Below are positions 1-8,367 of a stretch of DNA of 64,000 nucleotides, piece by piece; the first letter of the stretch is position 1, and every line of letters begins with the position of its first letter. The notes below the pieces were generated by a model. It was not told the DNA's origin, did not search any database, and worked only from the letters and a program-made list of their open reading frames with translations. Both the position numbers and the translations under genes were made by a program. This DNA is from Verrucomicrobiota bacterium (GTDB lineage: Bacteria; Verrucomicrobiota; Verrucomicrobiia; Limisphaerales; CANJSG01), in assembly GCA_038209745.1 (NCBI GenBank), contig JBBQXJ010000012.1:1-64000 (forward strand). Reading direction: 5' to 3'.

Positions 1-202
1 CGGTTCGCCGAAACCTTCAGCCCTGCGGCCCCCGCCCGGCCTCGAAGACCCTGCCGCCTCCGCCCGGCAGCCTCCTTTTTGACCCGCCGTCTTCCAGAAA
101 ACCACGACTCCCTCCAACCAAGCCTTTATTCAGCGCTTCCCAAATCCAGATGGCAGAAGTGGCCAACCTCTCAAACCTCGGATCGGAAGTCCGCCTTACG
201 GT

Positions 203-268
203 TCCCACCCACTTCGCATACAGCAATTCCGCCTGCGCGAGGACCGTCTTCACCGCCTCCACCTGCAT
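203..268 (-). pseudogene. 3'-terminal remnant of type I restriction subunit R (HsdR, DUF3387-type C-terminus)
   Basis: Minus strand reads MQVEAVKTVLAQAELLYAKWVG, resembling the HsdR C-terminal motif (..QEEAVKTVLAQAELL..W). The rest of the gene is absent and a REP abuts it. Confidence 0.55.
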
Positions 269-274
269 TGTGAA

Positions 275-360
275 AGCCCCAACGGGGCAAAACAGGCCAG
301 CCCTGGGCAACGCCCCGGGTTCGACGGACGAGAACAAAACAAGCCCTGAAAGGGCGAAAC
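275..360 (+). repeat. Solo REP-like palindromic unit, same family as the flanks of tnpA at 6862
   Basis: AGCCCCAACGGGGC..AGCCCTGGGCAACGCCCCGGG..AGCCCTGAAAGGGCG; the same motifs occur at 6786-6850 and inverted at 7321-7410. Confidence 0.75.
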
Positions 361-402
361 CGGAGCAGGTGGAATTCTGGGAGTGAACCGCAAGCCAACG
401 AG

Positions 403-443
403 AAAAGCCGCAATGACGTGCTTGGCAGTGGTCATTGCGGCTT
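403..443 (-). terminator. Intrinsic terminator-like hairpin
   Basis: 13-bp perfect inverted repeat AAGCCGCAATGAC (405-417) / GTCATTGCGGCTT (431-443), ending in a short T run on the minus strand. Confidence 0.5.
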
Positions 444-1009
444 AAAATCAGTTAAGTCTTCTCCCCCCAGACAGGAGGCTAACTGTTCAAAACTTATCTT
501 CTATCAGTCGTTTCCTTCAATACTAGCGTAGGCCGCCTCTCTGGGGGGAGAAGGCAAAACGCAAATGCTGTGGTGGGTTATTGAGGAACGCTCGAGTCTG
601 TCCGCCCTCGCCTGTCGAGCCGGCGAGAGTTGCGGTGAGGTCGACCGCGTTGTTGGCGGATCTGGCCCGATTGACGCGTTGTTTGCTCCGATGTCGATCG
701 AGAATCCAAGGAAGTGAGTCGAGATCGTCCTGGTGCAGGCGGTCCCCGCACGATTGTCGCCGGATCCGGGCCGATGTCAGTCGATCGGGAGGAAGTTTTC
801 GCGTTGATCGCTCCGGTGTTGCATCAACCTGCTGTCGGGGCTGTCGACAGACGCGCGTTTCTTGTGATGGTTCTCCCTTCTCTCGTCTACATCGGCCCCG
901 GGCAGGCCTAAACTGTCTCCGGGTTTGTCAACACGGCCCGAAAGTCGCCTCACATCGTTCCAATCCACCCCAACACGGCTCCGGGTGAGAGGCACAACCG
1001 GCCATTTCT

Positions 1010-1207
1010 GACGGAACGAAGCAGTGGGGATGGGGGAGAGCGCCCCGCCCAGGGCGCAATGGACCGCGCCCTCGCGGTCCAATGGAGGCGCAGGAAAAGA
1101 TTCACCGCCGGGTGGGTCCGAGGACGCGTCCGTGTCCGGCGCGGGGCGCGCCGGACGGTAGCCGGGGCGGCCGCGATCCCCATTCAGTGCCACTCCAGCG
1201 TTCCAAT
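1010..1207 (+). mobile_element. ~198-bp MITE, copy 1
   Basis: Aligns end to end with the reverse complement of 58992-59188. Imperfect terminal inverted repeats (GGAAC-N3-G(C/G)AGTGG); flanks TCT/TCA. Confidence 0.75.
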
Positions 1208-1210
1208 TCA

Positions 1211-1300
1211 GAGCGCAGCCGCCTTCGGATCTTCCTTCGACTTCTCGACCACGAGGGAGCGGAGCCCGTTGAACGCCTTGCGCATGTCGGGCGGATCCAT
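1211..1300 (-). pseudogene. IS66-family TnpB (Orf2 accessory protein) fragment
   Basis: Reads MDPPDMRKAFNGLRSLVVEKSKEDPKAAAL, matching the IS66 Orf2 N-terminal DMRKxFxGL..EDP motif; cut off by the MITE. Confidence 0.65.
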
Positions 1301-1301
1301 C

Positions 1302-1475
1302 ACGCGGGCCGAAGCAGCAGCGGACTTCTTCGGCGGCGCCGAAGCCTACCACAACCGGGCACAGCGCCACGACGCCCTCGGCTTCATAAATTCCGTCGAC
1401 TTCGAACTTCAACTCAACCAGACCCAACCCCAACTCCCACCCCTCCACGGTATCCACCAATCCGGGTCGGGCCCA
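1302..1475 (+). mobile_element. IS3-family transposase C-terminal remnant plus right end
   Basis: TRAEAAADFFGGAEAYHNRAQRHDALGFINSVDFE resembles the IS3 integrase-core tail (..YIExFYNxxRRHSxLGYxSPxxFE). It is followed by an IS3-like end TCCACCAATCCGGGTCGGGCCCA. Confidence 0.6.
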
Positions 1476-1598
1476 ATCCAAAATACCTGACGTGACTTTG
1501 TCCTGGGCCAGTTCTGCGGTCTGCCAAGCCTCCGGGGTGAACGCCGAGCAATTGCCGTCGCTCTTGGCCGCCATTTCCCAAAAGGTAGAGGCTGACCG

Positions 1599-3143
1599 AT
1601 GACTCCCCTGCTCCAACTCGCCTCCGTCACCAAACACTTCGGCGCCGTCCGCGCGCTCAAGGGCGTGTCGTTCGATCTGCGGGAGGGCGAGGTCCATGCG
1701 TTGCTCGGCGAGAACGGCGCGGGGAAGTCCACTCTGATCAAGGTCATCACCGGCGCGCTTCAACCCGATGGCGGCACCATCCAGGTCGCCGGCGAAACGG
1801 TCAGCAGGCTTACCCCCAGCGCCGCCCACCAGCTCGGCATCGCCTGCATCTACCAGCAACCCGCGCTCTTCCCGGACCTGACCGTCGCCGAGAACATCGG
1901 CCTACGCCTCGAACCGGACACTTCCTTCCGCAAGGTCAACTGGACCGGACGCCGCACCCGCGCCGCCGAACTCCTGCACCGTATCGGCGCCGAGATTTCG
2001 CCCGAAGCCGAGGTGCGTTCACTCTCCATGCCGGAGCAGCAACTGGTCGAGATCGCCTGCGCCCTCGGTTCCGGCGCCCGCATCGTCATCATGGACGAAC
2101 CGACCGCCTCGCTGACCCAGAAAGAGCAGCACCTGCTCTTCGGCGTCGTCCGCGACCTCCGCCAAAACGGCGTCGGCGTCGTCTACATTTCCCACCGCTT
2201 GGAGGAGATTTTCGCTTTGGCCGACCGTGTCACCGTCCTCCGCGACGGCGAAAGCGTCGCCACCCGCGACGTGCGCGTCGCTAGTGGCTCCGGCGCCCCC
2301 GCCAGTCCCCCGACCGATCTCACTGAAGCCGAACTCATCCGCCTCATGGTTGGCCGCGAGGTCGCCGCCATCTATCCGCCCTCCGAAGGCGAGGCTGGCG
2401 ACGTCGTCCTTTCCATCCAAGGTCTCGGCTGCACCGCCAGCGGCGTGAACAATGTCACCCTCGACGTCCGCGCCGGCGAGATTGTCGGCCTCGCCGGATT
2501 GGTCGGAGCCGGCCGCACCGAACTGGCCCGCATCCTCTTCGGCATCACCCCCGCCGACGCCGGCACCATCCGCCTCAGCGGCCAGACCATCACGGTTCAT
2601 TCACCGCAGGAAGCCGTCGCCCACGGCATCGCCTACGTGCCCGAGGATCGCCGCCGCCACGGCGTCATTCTCGAAATGCCCATCGCCGAAAACATGACGA
2701 TGGCCATCCATCGCCGCCTCTTTCCCGGCTCCTGGCTCCGCTTCGGCGCGGAACGGAACCTCGCGCTCGGCTTCATCCGCGATCTCGGCGTGAAAGCCTT
2801 CGGCCCCGAAGCGGCCGGCGGCAGCCTCAGCGGCGGCAACCAGCAGAAAGTCAGCGTCGCCCGTTGGCTCGCCACGAAACCCAAGCTCTTGATCCTCGAC
2901 GAACCGACCCAGGGCGTGGACGTCGGCGCGAAGAGCGAGATCCACAAGATCATCCGCCGCCTCGCCAAAGAAGGCCTCGCCGTCCTGATGATTTCCAGCG
3001 ATCTCCCCGAAGTGCTCGGCATGAGCGACCGCATTGCCGTGATGCGCGGCGGCACGATTGCCGCGATGCTGCCCGGCAAGTCCGACGCCCACACCGTCAT
3101 GGCCGCCGCCCTCGCCCAATCCGAGGCGGAGGCCGCCGCGTGA
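1599..3143 (+). CDS. Sugar (rhamnose-type) ABC transporter ATP-binding protein, two ATPase domains
   Basis: GENGAGKST Walker A, IMDEPT, LSGGNQQK signature, ILDEPT; context of rhaB/rhaM. Confidence 0.92.
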   Translation: MTPLLQLASVTKHFGAVRALKGVSFDLREGEVHALLGENGAGKSTLIKVITGALQPDGGTIQVAGETVSRLTPSAAHQLGIACIYQQPALFPDLTVAENIGLRLEPDTSFRKVNWTGRRTRAAELLHRIGAEISPEAEVRSLSMPEQQLVEIACALGSGARIVIMDEPTASLTQKEQHLLFGVVRDLRQNGVGVVYISHRLEEIFALADRVTVLRDGESVATRDVRVASGSGAPASPPTDLTEAELIRLMVGREVAAIYPPSEGEAGDVVLSIQGLGCTASGVNNVTLDVRAGEIVGLAGLVGAGRTELARILFGITPADAGTIRLSGQTITVHSPQEAVAHGIAYVPEDRRRHGVILEMPIAENMTMAIHRRLFPGSWLRFGAERNLALGFIRDLGVKAFGPEAAGGSLSGGNQQKVSVARWLATKPKLLILDEPTQGVDVGAKSEIHKIIRRLAKEGLAVLMISSDLPEVLGMSDRIAVMRGGTIAAMLPGKSDAHTVMAAALAQSEAEAAA

Positions 3144-4069
3144 AACGCCACTTCCGCGAAATCTCCGTCGCCGGCGCGCTGCTGCTGCTGCTCGGCTTCC
3201 TCGCCGTCTTTGCGCCGTCGTTCTTTCAGCCCCAGCCGCTTCTCTCGTTGCTGACCCGTGAAGCGCCGACGCTCGTCGTCGCCTGCGGCATGGCGATGGT
3301 CATCATCTGCCGCCAGATCGACATCTCCGTCGGCTCCATCTTCGCCGTGTGCAGCACCGCCGCCGGATTGCTGGCCGCCGCGAAGTGGCCGCTGGCCCTG
3401 GTCTTCCCCGCCTCCATGCTGATGGGTGCTCTGATGGGCGCGATCAACGGCGGACTCGTCGCCGGTCTTCGCCTTCCCTCCATCGTGGTCACGCTCGCCA
3501 CGCTGGTGACGTGGCGCGAGGCCTTGCGTTGGATCCGCCAGGGCGAATTCGTGAATCTCCCCGTCGATGTCCAGTGGATGGGCCTGAGCCAAGTCGGCGG
3601 ACAATGGGCGCTGATCGCAATCTCCCTCGCTGTCTTGATCGCCCTCGCCCTCGCGCTGAAGCACCTGTCGAGCGGCCGCTTCATCTACGCCGTCGGCACC
3701 GACGCCGAAGCCGCCCGTCTCGCCGGCATCCGACCGCAGCTCGTGACCTTTCTCGTCTTCGTGTTCCTCGGCGCGCTGACCGGCTTCGCCGCCATGATGA
3801 ACGTCGTCCAGTCCCCGCAGGTCGATCCCAAGTCCGGCACTGGATTGGAGCTGAAGACCATCGCCGCCGTGGTCGTGGGCGGCGTCGCCATCTCCGGCGG
3901 ACGCGGCACTCTCTGGGGCGCCTTCGTCGGCCTGCTGCTGCTCGCCTGCATCAGCCCCGCGCTGACCCATCTCCACATCGAGGCCTATTGGGAAAAGGCC
4001 ATTCAAGGCGCAATCATCCTGCTGGCCGTCGTGGCGGACGGATTGAGAAACCGGAAGGGAAATCGTTAA
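3140..4069 (+). CDS. Sugar ABC transporter permease (RhaP-like)
   Basis: GTG start overlaps the upstream stop (GTGA); IDISVGS, AARLAGI and AAVVVGG motifs. Confidence 0.9.
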   Translation: MKRHFREISVAGALLLLLGFLAVFAPSFFQPQPLLSLLTREAPTLVVACGMAMVIICRQIDISVGSIFAVCSTAAGLLAAAKWPLALVFPASMLMGALMGAINGGLVAGLRLPSIVVTLATLVTWREALRWIRQGEFVNLPVDVQWMGLSQVGGQWALIAISLAVLIALALALKHLSSGRFIYAVGTDAEAARLAGIRPQLVTFLVFVFLGALTGFAAMMNVVQSPQVDPKSGTGLELKTIAAVVVGGVAISGGRGTLWGAFVGLLLLACISPALTHLHIEAYWEKAIQGAIILLAVVADGLRNRKGNR

Positions 4070-4623
4070 TCTGCGCTGATCAATGAGAACTGAAATCTAC
4101 AAAGACGAAGGCTACAAGCTCATGGGAGCTGCGTTCGAGGTCTTCAACGACCGCGGCTACGGAATGGACGAGGAGATCTATCAGGAATGCCTCGAGATCG
4201 AGCTGGAGCTGCGCGGCATTCCGTTTCGATCCAAACAGGAACTGGCCTGCCAATATAAAGGCCGCGAGCTTCGCAAACGCTTCGTCCCGGACCTGTTCGT
4301 AAACGACGCGTTGATCGTCGAACTGAGAGCAGTCAGCCAAATTTGTCCCGAACAGGAAGCCCAACTCATGAACTACCTTAGGATCACCCGGCAACCGGTC
4401 GGCTACCTGATCAACTTCGGCCACAAGGACACGTTGGAATGGAAACGAATCGTCCTTTCCCAGTTCATCCGGCAGGACTGATTTTGAACCGCTAATCTGC
4501 GCTGATCGTCCCAATGAAAACCAAAGTCGTCATGCCCACCCGGTCTCCGGAGTCGTTCGAATTCACCGCTCCGCTCGACTTGGCAGAAAACAGATCAGCG
4601 TCGATCAGCGCAGATTAGCGGTT
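4061..4623. repeat. Direct and inverted 21-22-bp repeats bracketing the GxxExxY gene
   Basis: AACCGCTAATCTGCGCTGATCG at 4487-4508, its perfect inverse at 4602-4623, and a 19/21 direct copy at 4061-4081. Confidence 0.9.
4083..4481 (+). CDS. GxxExxY family protein (PD-(D/E)xK nuclease-like)
   Basis: GMDEEIY motif, PDLFV..IVELRAV, QLMNYL, GYLINFG. Confidence 0.9.
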   Translation: MRTEIYKDEGYKLMGAAFEVFNDRGYGMDEEIYQECLEIELELRGIPFRSKQELACQYKGRELRKRFVPDLFVNDALIVELRAVSQICPEQEAQLMNYLRITRQPVGYLINFGHKDTLEWKRIVLSQFIRQD

Positions 4624-4629
4624 TTTCAC

Positions 4630-5643
4630 ATGTTCTCATCCTCAAAACATAGCGGTTGGAAAACGGTGCTCGTCCGGCACGAGACGATCCTCTTCGTCGT
4701 CCTCGCGCTGGAATGGCTCTGCTTCAGCTCCGTCGGACCGCGTTTCGCCTCGCTCGACAACAGCTTCGACATCCTCCGGCACTCCACCGAAATCGGCCTG
4801 CTGGCGCTGGCCATGACGCCGATCATCCTGACCGGCGGCATCGATCTCTCCGTCGGTTCCCTGCTCGGCTTATGCGCCGTGGTGTTTGGAAAACTCTGGC
4901 GCGACGCCGGCATTCCCCTGCCCGCCGCCGCCGCCATCACCCTCGGCTTCGGCGCGCTGGCCGGCGGACTGAATGCCACGCTGATCACTTGGCTTCGGCT
5001 GCCACCGTTGATCGTCACGCTCGGCACCTACTCGCTCTTCCGCGGATCGGCCGAGGCGCTGACCCACGGCTTCGACACCTTCACCGACTTCCCGGCGTAT
5101 TTCCTCCACCTCGGTCAGGAACGACTGCTCGGTCTGCCGACGCAGGTCTGGGTCTTGATCCTCGTGGCTGTGGGAATCTGGCTGCTGGTTCATCGGACGA
5201 CCTACGGCCGCTCGTTCCGCGCCATTGGCTTCGCCCCGGAAGGCGCCCGCTACGCCGGACTTCCCGTCAAACGCTGCCTGGCCACGGCCTACGTGCTTGC
5301 GGGCTTCGTCGCCGCGCTGGCCGCGATCATCTACACCTCGCGCCTCGGCCAAGCGAAGGCCGACGCCGGCACCGGGTATGAACTCTTCGCCATCACGGCC
5401 GTGGTGCTCGGTGGCACCAGCATCTTTGGCGGCATCGGCACCGTTCATGGAACGCTCCTCGGAGTGGCCGCCATCGCCGTCCTGAGCAACGGCCTCGTCC
5501 ACGCCCGGGCGCCCCGCGAAGTCGCCGGCATGTTGACCGGAGCCCTCTTGATCCTGGCTCTGGTCAGCAGTGCGGTGCCGAAATGGTTCAGCCAATGGCG
5601 CGCCAAACGCCGGTCCGCCGCCGCAAAGCCCGCTTCCACCTGA
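4630..5643 (+). CDS. Sugar ABC transporter permease (RhaQ-like)
   Basis: GGIDLSVGS, ARYAGL, ITAVVLGGTSIFGG motifs; many TM segments. Confidence 0.9.
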   Translation: MFSSSKHSGWKTVLVRHETILFVVLALEWLCFSSVGPRFASLDNSFDILRHSTEIGLLALAMTPIILTGGIDLSVGSLLGLCAVVFGKLWRDAGIPLPAAAAITLGFGALAGGLNATLITWLRLPPLIVTLGTYSLFRGSAEALTHGFDTFTDFPAYFLHLGQERLLGLPTQVWVLILVAVGIWLLVHRTTYGRSFRAIGFAPEGARYAGLPVKRCLATAYVLAGFVAALAAIIYTSRLGQAKADAGTGYELFAITAVVLGGTSIFGGIGTVHGTLLGVAAIAVLSNGLVHARAPREVAGMLTGALLILALVSSAVPKWFSQWRAKRRSAAAKPAST

Positions 5644-5700
5644 CTCCAGGGCTGACAGCAAGGCACCAGAACCTTTAGACCAAACGCACCCAGCACGTTT

Positions 5701-6705
5701 ATGCAAAAACTCATCTCCTTCCTGGTCCTTTGCGGTCTCCTCGCGACCACCGGCTGCAACAAGTCGTCCGAATCCGGCGCCGCTTCCGCTTCCGGCAAGA
5801 AGCTGACTATCGCGCTCATGCCCAAGTCCAAGGGCAACGCCTATTTCATCTCCTGCAAGAAGGGCGCGGAGAAGGCCGCCACCGAGCTCGGCGCCGACCT
5901 CATCTTCGACGGCCCGACCGATCCCGATCCCGCCAAGCAGAACGAGATCATCGAGAACTGGATCACCCTCGGCGTGGACGTCATCGCCGCCGCGTGTGAG
6001 AACAAGGACGGCATCTCCACCGCCCTCCGCAAGGCCCGGCAAAAGGGCATCAAGGTCATTACCTACGATTCCGACGCGCAGACCGACGCCCGTTCGTTCT
6101 TCGTCAATCAAGCTACGCCCGCGGGCATCGGCTACGCCCTCATGGACGAAGCCGCGCGCCTTACCGGCGGCAAGGGCGACTACGCCATCATCACCGCCAG
6201 CCTGACCGCCGCGAACATGAACGAGTGGCAGAAGCACATCGCCGCCCGCAACGCCGAGAAGTATCCCGAGATGAAGAGGGTCGCCCTCCGTCCCTGCGAC
6301 GACCTCAAGGACAAGGCCCAGTCCGAAGCCACCGCCCTCCTCAGCACCTACCCCAATCTCAAGCTCATCATGAACATCTGCTCCCCCGCCGTGCCCGGAG
6401 CCGCCGAAGCCGTCAAGCAAGCCGGCAAGACCGGGATGGTGAAGGTCATCGGCCTCGGTCTGCCCAATGAAAACAAGCGCTACGTCCACGAAGGCGTGAC
6501 CGACAGCGTCATCCTCTGGAACACCGAAGACCTCGGCTACCTCACCGTCCAAGCCGCCGCCGCCCTGGCCAAAGGCACCCTCAAGGTCGGCGAGAAGACC
6601 TTCAAAGCCGGCACACTCGGCGAGTTCCAGATCGAGGGCGACAACATCCTCCTCGGCAAGCCCTTCATCTTCAACAAGGGCAACATCGACCAGTTCAACT
6701 TCTGA
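5701..6705 (+). CDS. Rhamnose-type ABC substrate-binding lipoprotein
   Basis: Lipobox-like ATTGC, PKSKGNAYF, TYDSD, LWN..DLGY, ending NIDQFNF. Confidence 0.88.
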   Translation: MQKLISFLVLCGLLATTGCNKSSESGAASASGKKLTIALMPKSKGNAYFISCKKGAEKAATELGADLIFDGPTDPDPAKQNEIIENWITLGVDVIAAACENKDGISTALRKARQKGIKVITYDSDAQTDARSFFVNQATPAGIGYALMDEAARLTGGKGDYAIITASLTAANMNEWQKHIAARNAEKYPEMKRVALRPCDDLKDKAQSEATALLSTYPNLKLIMNICSPAVPGAAEAVKQAGKTGMVKVIGLGLPNENKRYVHEGVTDSVILWNTEDLGYLTVQAAAALAKGTLKVGEKTFKAGTLGEFQIEGDNILLGKPFIFNKGNIDQFNF

Positions 6706-6861
6706 GTCGGGGCGAGTTGAACCGCAGATCAACGCGGAAGATCGCAGATAAAAGGCAGACCAAGACCAGCGCCGAATCCGCCTCTGCCCAAGGCAACGCT
6801 CTGGGTCCATCGCCCGCCAAACAACCTAAGACCTGAAAGGGCGACCTAACCAAACCTCCTG

Positions 6862-7314
6862 ATGCCCCAGTCTCTCGCCTCGCTCCTGACGCACTTGGTC
6901 TTCAGCACCAAGCACGACGAGCCGTTGATCCACGTCGGCGTCCGGGACGAACTTTACCGCTACGCCGCGACGATCCTTCAGGATCTGGACTCACCTGCCA
7001 TCCTGATCAACTCGGTCGAGGACCACGTCCACGCGCTGTTCGCCCTGTCGAAGAACCACGCGCTGAAGGATGTAGTGGAGAAACTGAAGACCGGGACGTC
7101 CAAGTGGATCAAACGACGCGATCTGATGCTGGCGAACTTCTATTGGCAGGCCGGCTACGGCCCCTTCTCCGTCAGCCAGTCGAACGGGGCGGCGGTAACG
7201 CGCTACATCGCCGGACAAAAGGAACACCACACCAAGGTGTCGTTTCAGGACGAGGTGCGGTTGGTCTTCCGGAAGCACCGGATGGATTTCGATGAACGAT
7301 ATGTGTGGAATTGA
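6862..7314 (+). mobile_element. tnpA: IS200/IS605-family Y1 transposase (RAYT-like TnpA), no tnpB
   Basis: HLVFSTK, HUH motif DHVH, WQAGY, catalytic Y in YIAGQKEHH; flanked by inverted REP units at 6786-6850 and 7321-7410. Confidence 0.88.
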
Positions 7315-7459
7315 ACCTCGGTTAAACCGCCCTTTCACGGCTCGTCCAAAGGCAAACGTGGCGACCCAGGGCGTTGGCCTGGGCTCCATTAAGGCCGGCC
7401 CGTTGGGCCTCGCCACCGGCCGCCTCGCGGCGTGCCTCACAACCTGCCGCCTCACGGTG

Positions 7460-8350
7460 ATGGTCGTTACCCTGCTGATCGGAAGCCTTGGTCCGGCATT
7501 TGCCGAAACCACCGCCAGCCCCTCCACCAACGACTGGCTCTTCATCGACAACGGCGAGGTCCGCCTCGGCGTCATCCGTTCGTCCGGCGCGGGCATCGCG
7601 TGGTTCGCGCCGAGCGGCTCGACCAACAACCTCGTCAACCACTGGGATCGCGGCCGTCTGATCCAGCAGTCCTACTATGGCGACGAAGACGGTTCGCTCT
7701 GGAACAAACAACCTTGGCGCTGGAATCCGGTCCAAGGCGGCGATTGGCAGGGCAAACCCGCCACCGTGCTGGAGCTGACGCACACCACGAATTCGCTCTA
7801 CGCAAAAACCGTCGCCCGCCATTGGGCGTCCGGAGCCGAGTTGACCAACGTCGTCTTCGAGGAATGGATCTCGCTCACCGGACGACTGGCGCAGGTGCGC
7901 TTCCGCATGACCTATTCCGGCACGAATTCCCATGCCTCCCGCGACCACGAAATCCCCGCCGTCTTCGTCGCGCCGGAGCTCGATTCGCTCGTGCTCTATG
8001 AGGGCGACCAGCCCTGGACCGGCGGCGATCTCCACCGCTCCAAGCCCGGTTGGCCCAATGAATCGCGGCGCATGACCGAGCACTGGGCCGCCTACGTCGG
8101 AACCAACGACGTCGGTCTCGGCGTCTGCGTGCCCGTGAGCGACCACCTGACCTGCTACCGCTTCGGCGACGGTCGGCCGGACCACGGATCCTGCTCCTAC
8201 TTCGCCCCGCTCACGAACTTCGCGATCACGCCTGGCAAGATCTTTACCTACGACGTGTACCTCTTCGCCGGCTCGGTTCCCGAAATCCGCCAAACGTTCT
8301 CCACCCGTTCAGGGCTATTGCCGGCCACGGCTCCGGCGGGCGACCATTGA
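7460..8350 (+). CDS. Hypothetical secreted protein (frame open from 7292)
   Basis: Genome-typical codon use, hydrophobic N-terminus ending PAFA, Trp/Tyr-rich body; start uncertain. Confidence 0.7.
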   Translation: MVVTLLIGSLGPAFAETTASPSTNDWLFIDNGEVRLGVIRSSGAGIAWFAPSGSTNNLVNHWDRGRLIQQSYYGDEDGSLWNKQPWRWNPVQGGDWQGKPATVLELTHTTNSLYAKTVARHWASGAELTNVVFEEWISLTGRLAQVRFRMTYSGTNSHASRDHEIPAVFVAPELDSLVLYEGDQPWTGGDLHRSKPGWPNESRRMTEHWAAYVGTNDVGLGVCVPVSDHLTCYRFGDGRPDHGSCSYFAPLTNFAITPGKIFTYDVYLFAGSVPEIRQTFSTRSGLLPATAPAGDH

Positions 8351-8367
8351 CCCGGAAACTGTTGGCA

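Noticed and set aside
581..988. Predicted ORFs 581-988 and 714-911
   Set aside because: No family motifs or typical codon pattern; they lie within the debris zone.
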